A DNA stretch of 64,000 nt from Octopus sinensis (lineage: Eukaryota), in the NCBI RefSeq assembly GCF_006345805.1, contig NC_043006.1:32984001-33048000 (forward strand), given 5' to 3'. This document shows positions 53,430 to 64,000 of the stretch, one piece after another; position 1 is the first letter of the stretch, and the number at the start of each line of letters is the position of its first letter. Both the position numbers and the translations under genes were made by a program. Under the pieces are notes generated by a model. The model did not search any database and was not told the origin of the DNA. It saw nothing but the letters and a program-made list of their open reading frames with translations.

Positions 53430-54571
53430 CACAAACATACATGTTCAGCCGCCTAAGCAACGAGAACGAAGACCATTAAGTCATAGATGCATACATACAT
53501 ACATATGTAAATACATGCATAATTGCATGCATACATACATACATACATACATACATACATACATACATACATACATACATACATACATACATACATACAC
53601 GTCACGTTCCATCTTTCGCAGATCGATGGAATAAGTGCCTGGCTGCTATTGATTTGATTCCATTCCATTTTTTCTCGCTGATGTTAATAAATCGGCATTT
53701 CAAATATATCTTTAGTTGGTGTTTAGACTTGGCAAGAAGCCTGAATAAACAAAATTTACCTGCAACATAATGTAAGTTCCTCTTAATAAATTCTATATTG
53801 AGAATAACTACTTATCGTGCAACTAAAGTAACCAGGGAGAAACTAAATATGTCTCTAGCTTTAATTTTACTAATTCGTTGCTATAGGATAATTTCTCTCG
53901 ATAACCTCTGCCCTTTCTATTTCTCTGTATCTATCTATCTACCTATCTATCAATCTATCTATCTATCTATTTATCTATCTATTTATCTATCTATTTATCT
54001 ATCTATTTATCTATCTATCTATTACAGTTTTTGTAGTTCTTTTACTCAGTTTATCAGCTAGTCTCCCTTTCTCTCTTTCTATATATACATATTTAACACT
54101 AAATATTTTTCAAATGCCGAATTAAATTAGATTTTTGCAAGAGAGTATACCTAAGGGCTAATCAATAAATCTAAAGTGCGTAAGTAACACAATGTAAATG
54201 AAAAATGAAACTAAAATTCAATAGATACACACACACACACACACACACATAAATATAGACACATACATAAATGCGTATATATAATTATGTTTGCATGTAT
54301 GTATGCATGTAGGTGAACATACTTACGCCTCTTCCGGAGGAATGCATGTCTATGCAGATTTACATGGTCTTGTAGCTAACATAATTCTACATCATCAAAG
54401 CATCGAGGCATATCATTGCAACTTGATAATGAAGGCAACATATATGTGTTTGTGTACGCACGTGTGTGTGTGTGTGTGTACACACAAACATGCATACGTG
54501 TATATGTATGTATGTATATAATTTTTCGCAGGACATGCTTAAGGTTCTATAACAAATATATATATATATAT

Positions 54572-54644
<73 letters not shown>

Positions 54645-54914
54645 CAAATATACATACACACACATATATATATATATATTCGTTTATATTTGCTATAGAA
54701 CCTTAAACATGTCCTGCGATTATTTTAATGATGTATCTTCAGTTGTCATCCCGTTTGGAATTTTGGATGTGTGTATATATAGATTTATATACATAGAAAG
54801 GCAGATACACAGAGACAGATATGTATGTACGTATGTATGTATGTATGTATATATGTATGTATGTATTATGTATGTATGTATGTATGTATGTATGTATGTA
54901 TGTATGTATGTATG

Positions 54915-55554
54915 TATGGAGAATTAGCTAAAGGAGAACGACCTTCATATAAACCAGAAAAGAGGGATAAAGACTTGCTGAAGGCTTCCTTGAAAGATGC
55001 TAGCATCTCTCCTGACACATGGGAGAGCATAGCTATTGACGGTAGCAGGTGAAGAAGGATTGTGCATGAGGGGACAGCTACTTTTGAGAAATCTCGAGTT
55101 GCGCATGGGAAAGTAAGGAGGGATGTCAGGAAGGGCATCGCTATTGCACTTCCATTCGGTAAGGGTCTTCCTATGACGCTGACATGCAGTGTCTGTGCAA
55201 GACCCTGCCTCAGTAAAGCTGGGCTCATGAGTTATCTTCATAGTCATAAAGCGAGACTGAGGATTGACTACCAGGCCGATGGTGGTGGTGGTGGTGCTAC
55301 ACACCATACTAATCATATCTGTCAGGCATGTGGAAGGGAGTGTAATTCGGCAGGAGGACTCAAACGACATGCAAAGGTACGTTAAGCCCAATTACAACTA
55401 CAGCTGGCTACTGTCAGTAAAGGTTTTAGCTGCCAATTCTGTCTAAGACACTGTAGATCTTTAGCTGGGCTAAACATTCATATTTGATCACAGCACCATT
55501 AACAGTTAAGCCTTGTGCAATGGCCATACTCGATGACGATGGGGCAGCCATCAT
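54915..55554 (+). mobile_element. RTE/BovB-type LINE 3' end with three C-terminal C2H2-like fingers
   Basis: Reads YGELAKGER...KDLLKASLK...WESIA...FEKSR, then CSVCARPCLSKAGL, CQACGRECNSAGGLKRH and CQFCLRHCRSLAGLNIH in one frame with isolated stops. Confidence 0.82.
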
Positions 55555-55799
55555 GCATGTATATATGTATATATGCGTGTGTATGCATGTATTTGTGTTT
55601 GTGCATGTATGTGCTGTGCATCTATATGTGTCTATGTATGTATGTAGTATGTATATGTGCATATACACAAATGTATATGTACGTTGTATATCGAATCTTT
55701 ATAGAGTTTGACTATCTTTTTCCATGGGATTATTAATGCAATGCTTTCCCGTCAAATTTTATACTAGAATCTGATTTAGGTATTTTTAATAAAATCCTC

Positions 55800-56060
55800 T
55801 CCGTTGCAGGCGTTCAGGCCAAATGTCTAGTCCGAGAATAAATCCAGAAATGCGATCTGGTTAATTTATGCCTAAAATATCTTAGGAGATCGGATGGTAG
55901 TAAATATAGAAATATAGGATTATGAAATACGTGACTAAACACAAATGGTACAGTCGACAAATGAATCACAGAGAACATGATAAATTTGGCTTGAATTCGA
56001 CGGTTCAAACCGATCTGAAAATATTGAAGTTTAAACCTACTGTGATCTCGTCCTAACACT
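55800..56060 (+). mobile_element. Possible very old R4/Dong REL-domain remnant
   Basis: KWYSR...TVQTDLKI..KPTVI resembles KWY.H...IQTD..I...RPDI. Confidence 0.3.
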
Positions 56061-56487
56061 TTGGGACCCAAATATCAACCCACTGTTAATAAAACTCAAA
56101 CTGTTAATAAAACAGTATGAAATATCTCTCCATATGACGTGACACATTAGAAGAGAGAGGCCACACTCCACTGTATCGCCATGTAACCGTTACAAGGAAA
56201 TACGGCGAACGATGCACACAGATAGTAGAATAAATATAGGGAAAAATTTTATCAAAGATCATTTCCTGTACATCTGGAAACTTCCACTTTTTGTGCATCC
56301 AAGGCGGATTTTGTATGTGGGTCATGCTGAGCGTTATTAGATGCCATAATGCAAAAGTAGGCAAACAAGTTATGAACTGACGTCGCAAATGTGTAATTAC
56401 CAGATGTACGAAGCTTAATTATTTGAAAATAAATTGCTTCTAGTGTTATATATATTGTGAAATTAAATATCGTGGCGTTGTACGTAA

Positions 56488-56701
56488 GCGTGGCTGTGTG
56501 GTAAGAATTTTGCTTCCCAAACACGTTTCTAGTTTCAGTTCCGTTGCGTGGCAGGTAGACGGAAACTGAATAAAGCCCATCGTATATTTATGCGCGTCTT
56601 CCTACTTGTCACCAACCATCGCTTGACATCAGGTGTTAGTTTGTTTACGTCTCGTAAACCAGTGTTTCGATAGGCAGAGACCGATAGAATAAGTACCAGC
56701 C
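56488..56701 (+). mobile_element. tRNA-SINE family B, internally deleted
   Basis: GGCTGTGTGGTAAG head and GAGACCGATAGAATAAGTAC. Confidence 0.75.
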
Positions 56702-57501
56702 ATTAGATAATTATAAAAAACGAACAAAAACATAAACGAACAAAAATTAAACAGTTATATAGGGCACACAAAGCATCCATTCAAAAATAGTTTTCGAACG
56801 GTTATATTTAAGATGTTTTAACGCCAAGTGAAAGTACAAGAACGACATGACTTATCTTTGTTCTCCACTGGTAACGGATATGGAAAGAAATGAACAAAAA
56901 TATCTATTCTACTCATGGTATAATTATATCTTTGTTTTGCTGTAGAGGTGTGAGCTGCTTCTGTCAGAGTCGATAGGATCCTGAAGATTAAAAGGGTTAA
57001 GGCATTTTCCTGAGACATAATATTTTCAATTTCCTCTATCAGAAGATTAATTATTTATAGCCAACGTTAATGTTCATACATAATCCGTGTAAGGTCACTT
57101 GTATAATTGAAAAGTGCTGCATAATCTTAAAATACTGAGCTGAAACCATAAGAAAGTTACGTCTCAGAGAGACGCGACCTCTATCGATTTACATGATGGT
57201 AGACAAATTATATGTAAGGAAAATACGTGAGTGACATCCAGTGATCGAGTTGAACGCCAGTACTTGGCTCTTGGTTGTTTTTAGCGATGTTAACTCCTTT
57301 GAATGCATTCTGATCAGCTTTCCAGCTTTAAGATGTCTCTACATATTTTGTTTACTAATGTACCAAACATAGTCTCTTCATGGGAGCCAATATTCTATAG
57401 CAGCAGCTGTTAGAAATAGTCGCAATATCTGCTTCAAACTAGCTGAACATTAAAGAGTAGGAAGAGAAAACTCATAAATAGCGTGATCCTAGAAACGTCT
57501 A

Positions 57502-57706
57502 AAGCGGCGAGATGGCGGAAACGTTAGCACGAAATACTTAGCGGTATTTCGTCTGTCTTTACGTTCTGAATTCAAATTCCGCCGAGGTCAACTTGGCCTT
57601 TCATTCTTTCGGGCTCGATAAATTAAGTACCAGTTGCGTACTAGGGTCGATCTAATCGACTGGACCACTTCCCATAAATTTCAGGCCTTGTGCCAAGAGT
57701 AGAAAC
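57502..57706 (+). mobile_element. tRNA-SINE family A
   Basis: Head, B-box, core and terminal tail. Confidence 0.85.
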
Positions 57707-57799
57707 GAATATCTTCCTGTTATATGTAAAGATAATTGGTTTATTATAAGGGGTCGTACAGACATGAAAACAGTAATTTCAGAAAATTATTCCGGTACA

Positions 57800-58018
57800 A
57801 GCATGAGTATAACCTTAAGAAGCTCGTTCTGCAACCAGATGTTTCAGGTTCAGTCCAACTGCGCTGCACTTTGGGTGATACATTTTAATATAGCCCCAGA
57901 CCAAACAAAGCCTTTTAATTGAATTTTGGAGACGGAAACCGTCAGTCGTGAGTGTGTGAGAGAGAGAAAAGCGGAAGGATGACAAATGTGTTGGTATTAA
58001 CGGTTTCATGTGATGAAG

Positions 58019-58069
<51 letters not shown>

Positions 58070-58370
58070 TGTGTGTGTGTGTCTGTGTATGTGTCTGTGT
58101 GTGTGTGTGTATGTGTGTGTGTGTAGAAAGAGAGACAGAAAGAGAGGAAGAGAGGGACATAGATGTATGCGTACGTCTTAATGTTTGTTCCTCAACTCCA
58201 TGCCAGCTGGCGACCGGGATTGTTTTGTCTAGGTCTTCGTGATTTAGCAGTTCGACAAAAGCCTATAGAAAAGCACTGTTCGACTGTATTTGTTCGATTA
58301 AAACCCTTGAAAGCGGTGCTCCAGCATGGCCGTAGTTTTAAGAATGAAACATGTATAAGACAAAAGACAT
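57800..58370 (+). mobile_element. tRNA-SINE family B, old copy, with internal (TG)n
   Basis: GCGGTGCTCCAGCATGGCC tail and a degenerate head. Confidence 0.7.
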
Positions 58371-58510
58371 ATTTCAACTTTATAAAATGATTTCGGCAGT
58401 GATTTTTTTATGTTAATGTCATATAGTTGTATTTCTATGAAGCTGTTATGTTTTGTTTTGAATTTTGTCATGATTTGTCATTTCATTTGTATTATTTCCT
58501 ATGTTTACAG

Positions 58511-58667
58511 CCGTCCCTGTGCAAAACAGTGTACAGTTTGTTGGAATATACGAAAACAGTATGCTTCATGTGGATGTTTCTCGAAGGATTTTATCTTCAT
58601 AACATGATCGTCGTGTCCGTATTTTCGGGCAACCCAAACTACAAACTCTATTACCTTTTAGGTTGGG
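58511..58667 (+). CDS. Pdfr: Class B GPCR (PDF-receptor-like) exon encoding TM3, ICL2 and the start of TM4
   Basis: ttacag acceptor, phase 0; PSLCKTVYSLLEYTKTVCFMWMFLEGFYLHNMIVVSVFSGNPNYKLYYLLGW(G); gtaagt donor in the Gly codon after GW, a typical class B intron position. Confidence 0.93.
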
Positions 58668-58700
58668 GTAAGTACATAATTCGACCTGTCTGAAATTAGT

Positions 58701-58748
<48 letters not shown>

Positions 58749-58798
58749 GCTCTCCTTCTCTCTCTCTCTCGCTCTCCTTCTCTCTCTCTCGCTCTCCT

Positions 58799-58829
<31 letters not shown>

Positions 58830-59025
58830 GTTTGTATGTTTGTCTGTCTGCCTATCTACCTATCTATCTCTCTCTCACATACACAAACACACACACACAC
58901 ACACACGCTTCCACATTTTATTTTGGCTTTCCTTCTCTTTATATACAGGTGCATTTACATATACATATATATATATTAAATATATATATAATATATATAC
59001 ATATATATGTATGTATATATATACA

Positions 59026-59072
<47 letters not shown>

Positions 59073-59239
59073 ATTATATATATATGTATATGTATATGTA
59101 CATGTATGTATGTATATATATGTATGTATGTATATATGTATGTATGTATGTATGTATGTGTGTGTGTATGTATGTATGTATGTATGTATGTATGTATGTA
59201 TGTATGTATGTATACAAATTCGCCATGATGGATCGCTAG

Positions 59240-59420
59240 CCACTACACATTCGTTATTTTCTCTCCTTGTTTCTTTCTGTGTTCCTTTCTGTGGAAGAGT
59301 CTATGCTCGAAACGCTAAAGACTTTTTCACTTCCCGAGCGTTATACTAATACATCTTTTTGATGTCTACGGCAGCCGTCTTCGTCTTTTATTTTTTTTTT
59401 TTTTGTGAATTCTCCCTATT
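59240..59420 (+). mobile_element. Short non-coding repeat with a decayed minimal HHR (59285-59320); same family as 5905-6110
   Basis: CTTT-CTGTGGA-A-GAGT-CTAT-GCTC-GAAAC-GCT-AAAG; lies between (TATG)n and (TA)n. Confidence 0.6.
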
Positions 59421-59469
59421 ATATATATACAAACATATAAATGACTACACGTATCTTATTCCTTTAACT

Positions 59470-59665
59470 GAGGCGACGAGCTGGGAGAATCGTTACCGCA
59501 TCGGAAAAATTGCTTAGCGGCATTTCTAACGTTGTTGTGTATTCGAATTCTACCGAGGTCAGCTTTACCTTTTATCCTTTTGAGGTGGACAAAATAAGTA
59601 CGAGTCGCACACTGGTGTTAACCGTTCCCCTGAAACTGCTGGCCTTGTACCAATATTTGAAATCA
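59470..59665 (+). mobile_element. tRNA-SINE family A, degenerate
   Basis: GGCGACGAGCTGG head and family A core. Confidence 0.72.
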
Positions 59666-59669
59666 TAAT

Positions 59670-60640
59670 TATCGTTATTCCAAAGCTATTATATGTTAAT
59701 TTGCTTAGCAGAAATATTACCTTGCAGGTTGGTGACGACAAGGTTCCTCAAATCTCAAGAATCTTCTTTAAGAACTGTTGCAGAATACGTAAGGGCACTT
59801 TTCTGTAGGCCATCAATTCCAGTTTCAGTTTCGATATATTTCATGCTCTTAAGCTGCTACTTGGGCGTTATGCGCGAACTATCATACGAATGAATGTTGT
59901 CTTAATCGGTTGCAATCTTGCTCATGATATTTCTCAATGTGTTTAATTTCTTCGATATCGACTCCATCATCATGAGGAATAACTAAGATTATCAGCTTAA
60001 TCTATTCATTTAGTTCTCCATAATCATATCTATCCTTCTTGCTTGAATAGTATGACAGGTCTTTTGTGGGAAATCGTATAGAATCCTGTAATTCGTGTTC
60101 TCTATCACATCCACGCGATCGCGTTCGTACCATTTCTTTGTTATTTCGAAACCACACGCTGGACTAACGTATCAAAGCACTCTGCTAACTACACTCCCAT
60201 GCCCGCGTTTATACTCTTTTCGTGCTAGCTTACTGAAATAATGCAATAAATGTTTAACAGTTCCATCTCCTTCCTAACAGATTCTATATTTGCTGTCTGA
60301 GTTTTGTCGATCTTCCTCTAAAAAGATTCGTTCTAATGGCTTCTTCCTGAGCGGCTATAATTAGCGTTTCTGTCTTTTATTTCCGCTATTTATCCGTCAG
60401 CAATAAATAACGTTGTTTAATTCCAACATCCTTGTCTTATTGCATTTAATGGCCATGTCATTTCATCTCCAACTGCATTCCCTGTTGTTCTTTATTCAGC
60501 GTTTGAATTCTCTAACGGCCTCAGCAACTTTTCGGACATCTCTAACCGCCGATATCTCTCATTCGTCAATCTGCACAACACAATTTTTCTACTCCAATCG
60601 ACAGAATTTACGATATGCCTCAGGAGGCGGGAGTTCATAC
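59670..60640 (-). mobile_element. Old R4/Dong-type LINE 3' part (CCHC knuckle region plus REL endonuclease)
   Basis: Minus-strand fragments QEEAIRTN, KLARKEYKRGH, KKWYERDRVDVIENTNYRILYDF, HTIQARRIDM, IPHDDGVDIEEIKHIEKY and KKILEI*. Confidence 0.75.
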
Positions 60641-61100
60641 ATGGTACCTATTGAACTATACATACATACACACATATATACATACATACATTCATACATG
60701 CATATGTTATACATACATATCGACAACATGATACATATGCGTGACTTCGGATGTATAAGAAGTTATGTCTCCTACGACTTGTTGGATATTCATTAAATTA
60801 TGTTACAAGTAATAGTTTCTCATACGATGTCTCTTTAGATAATATTTGTCAAGGTTGAATTTTAAAATCAGAAAGATGTTTAGCACAATTTGCCCTCCGT
60901 TTCAGCCAAGCGTTCCTGTGTGAGCTGTTAGGCTTTTGTTAAGATTTTGTCTTGGTTTTCGATTGACAGCCTATATTTTTCCTTCCGTATGTTCATTTGA
61001 TGTGTATAATATATATGAATCCGCTTGTGCATTGTTCTATTTATTTTAATTATGTTATATAGATAAATGCATAGAAAGATGGACAAATAAATAGACAGAC

Positions 61101-61181
<81 letters not shown>

Positions 61182-61216
61182 CAGATAGACAGACTGACAG
61201 ACAGACAGATAGACGG

Positions 61217-61280
<64 letters not shown>

Positions 61281-62952
61281 GATAGATAGATAGACTGACA
61301 GATAGATAGATATGTATATATATATACATATATAGAGAGAGAGAAAGAGAGAGAGAGAGAGAAATTCGTGTTTGTGTGCGCGTTTATGAGTGTGTGTGTG
61401 TGTGGTGGCTGGTTTATATGCGAGTGTGTCTCAGATCTGTAACTACGTCAATTATCCCTATTGTCGAGAAGTACGTATTGATATAATTGCATATCAAATA
61501 TAGCTACGAACTTTCAATTGCTCTGTATATTTATAAATAAAGGTTGCTAGTTAAATAAGTCTACGCATTCTTTTCTCTCAAGTGTTCAGTGAATACAAAA
61601 GAAAATAGAAAATACATATGAAAGGAAATGTAAAAGAACTGTAAATCCAATAAACCTTTTGCTCTCTGTGATATTTATGTAAACTTATTGATTCATTAAC
61701 GAAACGTGGTTCCTGTAATTCTTTATTTAATTTACTAAGCATAGAATACTAGTATAAAAGAAACTAGAAGGAAATAGTAAAAGAAACTTTAAAATGATAT
61801 TAAAATGAAATGCATAGGAGTATGAAAGTATAATGATAGGAATACCTGTGTAATAAATGCTACTAGAATCATATGTTGAGTCCAGTTGGATGGCTGCACT
61901 TTTTATAGGAACTTTCTTTCCGAGTGAGAATTTGAAAACTTTTAATCTGTGCCATGATTTAATAATTTTGAATGTTTTTTTTAAATTCTGTAGCTGTGCC
62001 AAGGTGTAAAGAATACAAAAAGTATTGAATTTCGTGTACGTAAGAGCTATAGAAATTTATAGATAATGACATACAACCTATTACTATTTGCAAAAACGTA
62101 TCTGTAGAATTTTTGTAACCTTTATTTTTGGAGATGTTCTCAATGTATGGTTAGTTATGTTGAAGTCGGCCCCGTAAGTTGGCTCAGCGTCAAACGTATA
62201 AGATAAATTGGATTTTACTTGATATTTGATGTAACAATGGCTGAATATATAGGTCGCTTCTGATGACAGTATATCCACTTGGAGAATGAGAACTTTGTTT
62301 CTGTGATTAAACGTTTTGATTCTAGATTTAGTCCTTTCTGAATTTTAGAGGTTCACAATTGTGGAGGAATTGGTATAGATTTTTCTGTACTTATGTCAAG
62401 TAGGAAAATTCTGACCAAACTGAAAAGTGTTCCCATATCCTTGACTACATTTATCAAAAAATACATCAAGGATTATGCCACGTTATTTATTTATCAGTGT
62501 AATAAAATCCATCAAAAATATTTCGGATCATTCTTTTCTATCAGTGTCATTATATTTATCGAGAGTAAAAACTGAGGACTATAGGCCAAGGTCTAACTAT
62601 CTCATGCCTTAAAAGTCAGCTCTGTATACTTATTGGATTTAAAAAGTCTCAATGCACGGTGGAGTATCCTAGCTACGCTATCAAATGGATCATTCGAGAT
62701 TATGGAATTTCACTGGTTCGAATTATTTGGTAGATTTCTAAGGAGACTCACTGGGTGTTTTGAATCGTTTGTCTACATATAATATTCAGTTGTTATTCAT
62801 ATAATGTGCAGTAGGAAATTTACGCTGGTTTTGGCTGATAGTTGCAGCTAAAAGGTTAAATGTTTGTAAGTACTGACGGCAACTTTTAGCTCCAAATTAT
62901 TGGACGCTTTTATTAGGTTCTTCTGATGGTTCTCGTGGAGGTTAATGATATT

Positions 62953-63166
62953 CATTTCTACTCTAGACACAAGGCCGGCATTTTGGAGGAAGAGGGCCAG
63001 TCGATTAGATCGACTCCAGTACTCAACAGGTACTTAATTTATCTACCCCGAAAGGATGTAAGGCAAAATCGACCTCGGCAGAATTTGAACTCAGAACATG
63101 AAGACAGAGGAAATACCGCTAAGCATTTTGCATGGTGTGCTAACGTTTCTGCCAACTTGCAGCCTT
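62953..63166 (-). mobile_element. tRNA-SINE family A with a perfect 18-bp TSD
   Basis: GTGGAGGTTAATGATATT at 62935 and 63167. Confidence 0.9.
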
Positions 63167-63249
63167 GTGGAGGTTAATGATATTGAAACCTCTCTGAAGC
63201 TACAAACGTACACCTATACAGACTGCTATATTAGTACCAGTAATAACTG

Positions 63250-63305
<56 letters not shown>

Positions 63306-63306
<1 letters not shown>

Positions 63307-64000
63307 TTGGACTTGAGAAGTGTGCCAAGGCCACTTTCCAGAAAGGGAAAGTGAAGACCACAAATTCAGTCGTGTTAGATGTTGACACATTCATAAGAGA
63401 GCTTGAGCAAGAACAAACATACAAATATTTAGGGATAAATGAAGGCTCTGGTATTCAGCATGCAAGCATGAAAGAGAAAATCAGGAAGGAATGTTATAGG
63501 AGAGTTCGTGCAGTCCTGAAATCTGAACTAAATGCACGTAACAAGGTGTTAGCTATAAATTCCTTAGCAGTTCCAGTTGTTACTTATAGCTACAATGTGT
63601 TGAACTGGAATATGAGTGAAGTAAAGAATATAGATAGAAAAATACGCAAGCTGCTCAGTTGTAATAGGATGCACCACCCAAAGGCAGACGTAGATCGCTT
63701 TACCTTCCCAGAGCCCAAGGAGGTCGAGGCCTGATCCAATTTGAACTAGCTTACAAAACAACCACAATTGGACTGGCCAAATATCTCGAAATATCGAATG
63801 ACTGGATGCTAAAGCTCGTGGAAAATCACGAGAGACGAAAGAAGCTTCATTCTATCATAAAGGAAAGCAAAAAATTTGCTATTGATCTCGTGCAGGATAC
63901 CCAAACTGAACAACCCGAGGGAAGTACGGCAACTATTGTTGCAAAGAAGGTGAAAATGATGGCAATGAAGAAAGCGCACGAGCAATTGGCTGATAGGTGG
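63306..64000 (+). mobile_element. R4/Dong-clade LINE, 5'-truncated at a (TAA)n run, continuing past the window end
   Basis: Reads FGLEKCAK...TYKYLGI...SELNARNKVLAINSLAVPV.TYS...HHPKADVDR, then after one frameshift near 63700 YLPRAQGGRGL... open to the window end; (TAA)n at 63251-63306. Confidence 0.88.

Overview
AT-rich eukaryotic DNA dense in microsatellites and retroelements, most consistent with an octopus genome (inferred from the tRNA-derived SINE families and repeat style, not from a database search). The only host gene I can support is three phase-compatible coding exons (+ strand; 25007-25110, 43591-43750, 58511-58667) of a class B (secretin-family) GPCR resembling PDF receptors, separated by 18,480-bp and 14,760-bp introns. 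The rest is transposon debris: three tRNA-SINE families (called A, B and C here), remnants of Penelope-like (PLE), Tx1/L1, RTE, CR1 and R4/Dong elements, MITEs, and microsatellites that explain most ORFs in the six-frame track. The main finding is 11 type I hammerhead ribozyme (HHR) motifs plus one half-motif from several distinct sequence families, nearly all with a palindromic helix III (dimer-type). They show C-G, U-A and G-C variants of the core 3-8 pair. They include one with an intact catalytic core in a 470-bp terminally redundant, retrozyme-like element between (TA)n runs, and a G3-C8 variant duplicated in a near-perfect 281-bp fold-back. All structures were folded by eye; no activity is demonstrated.
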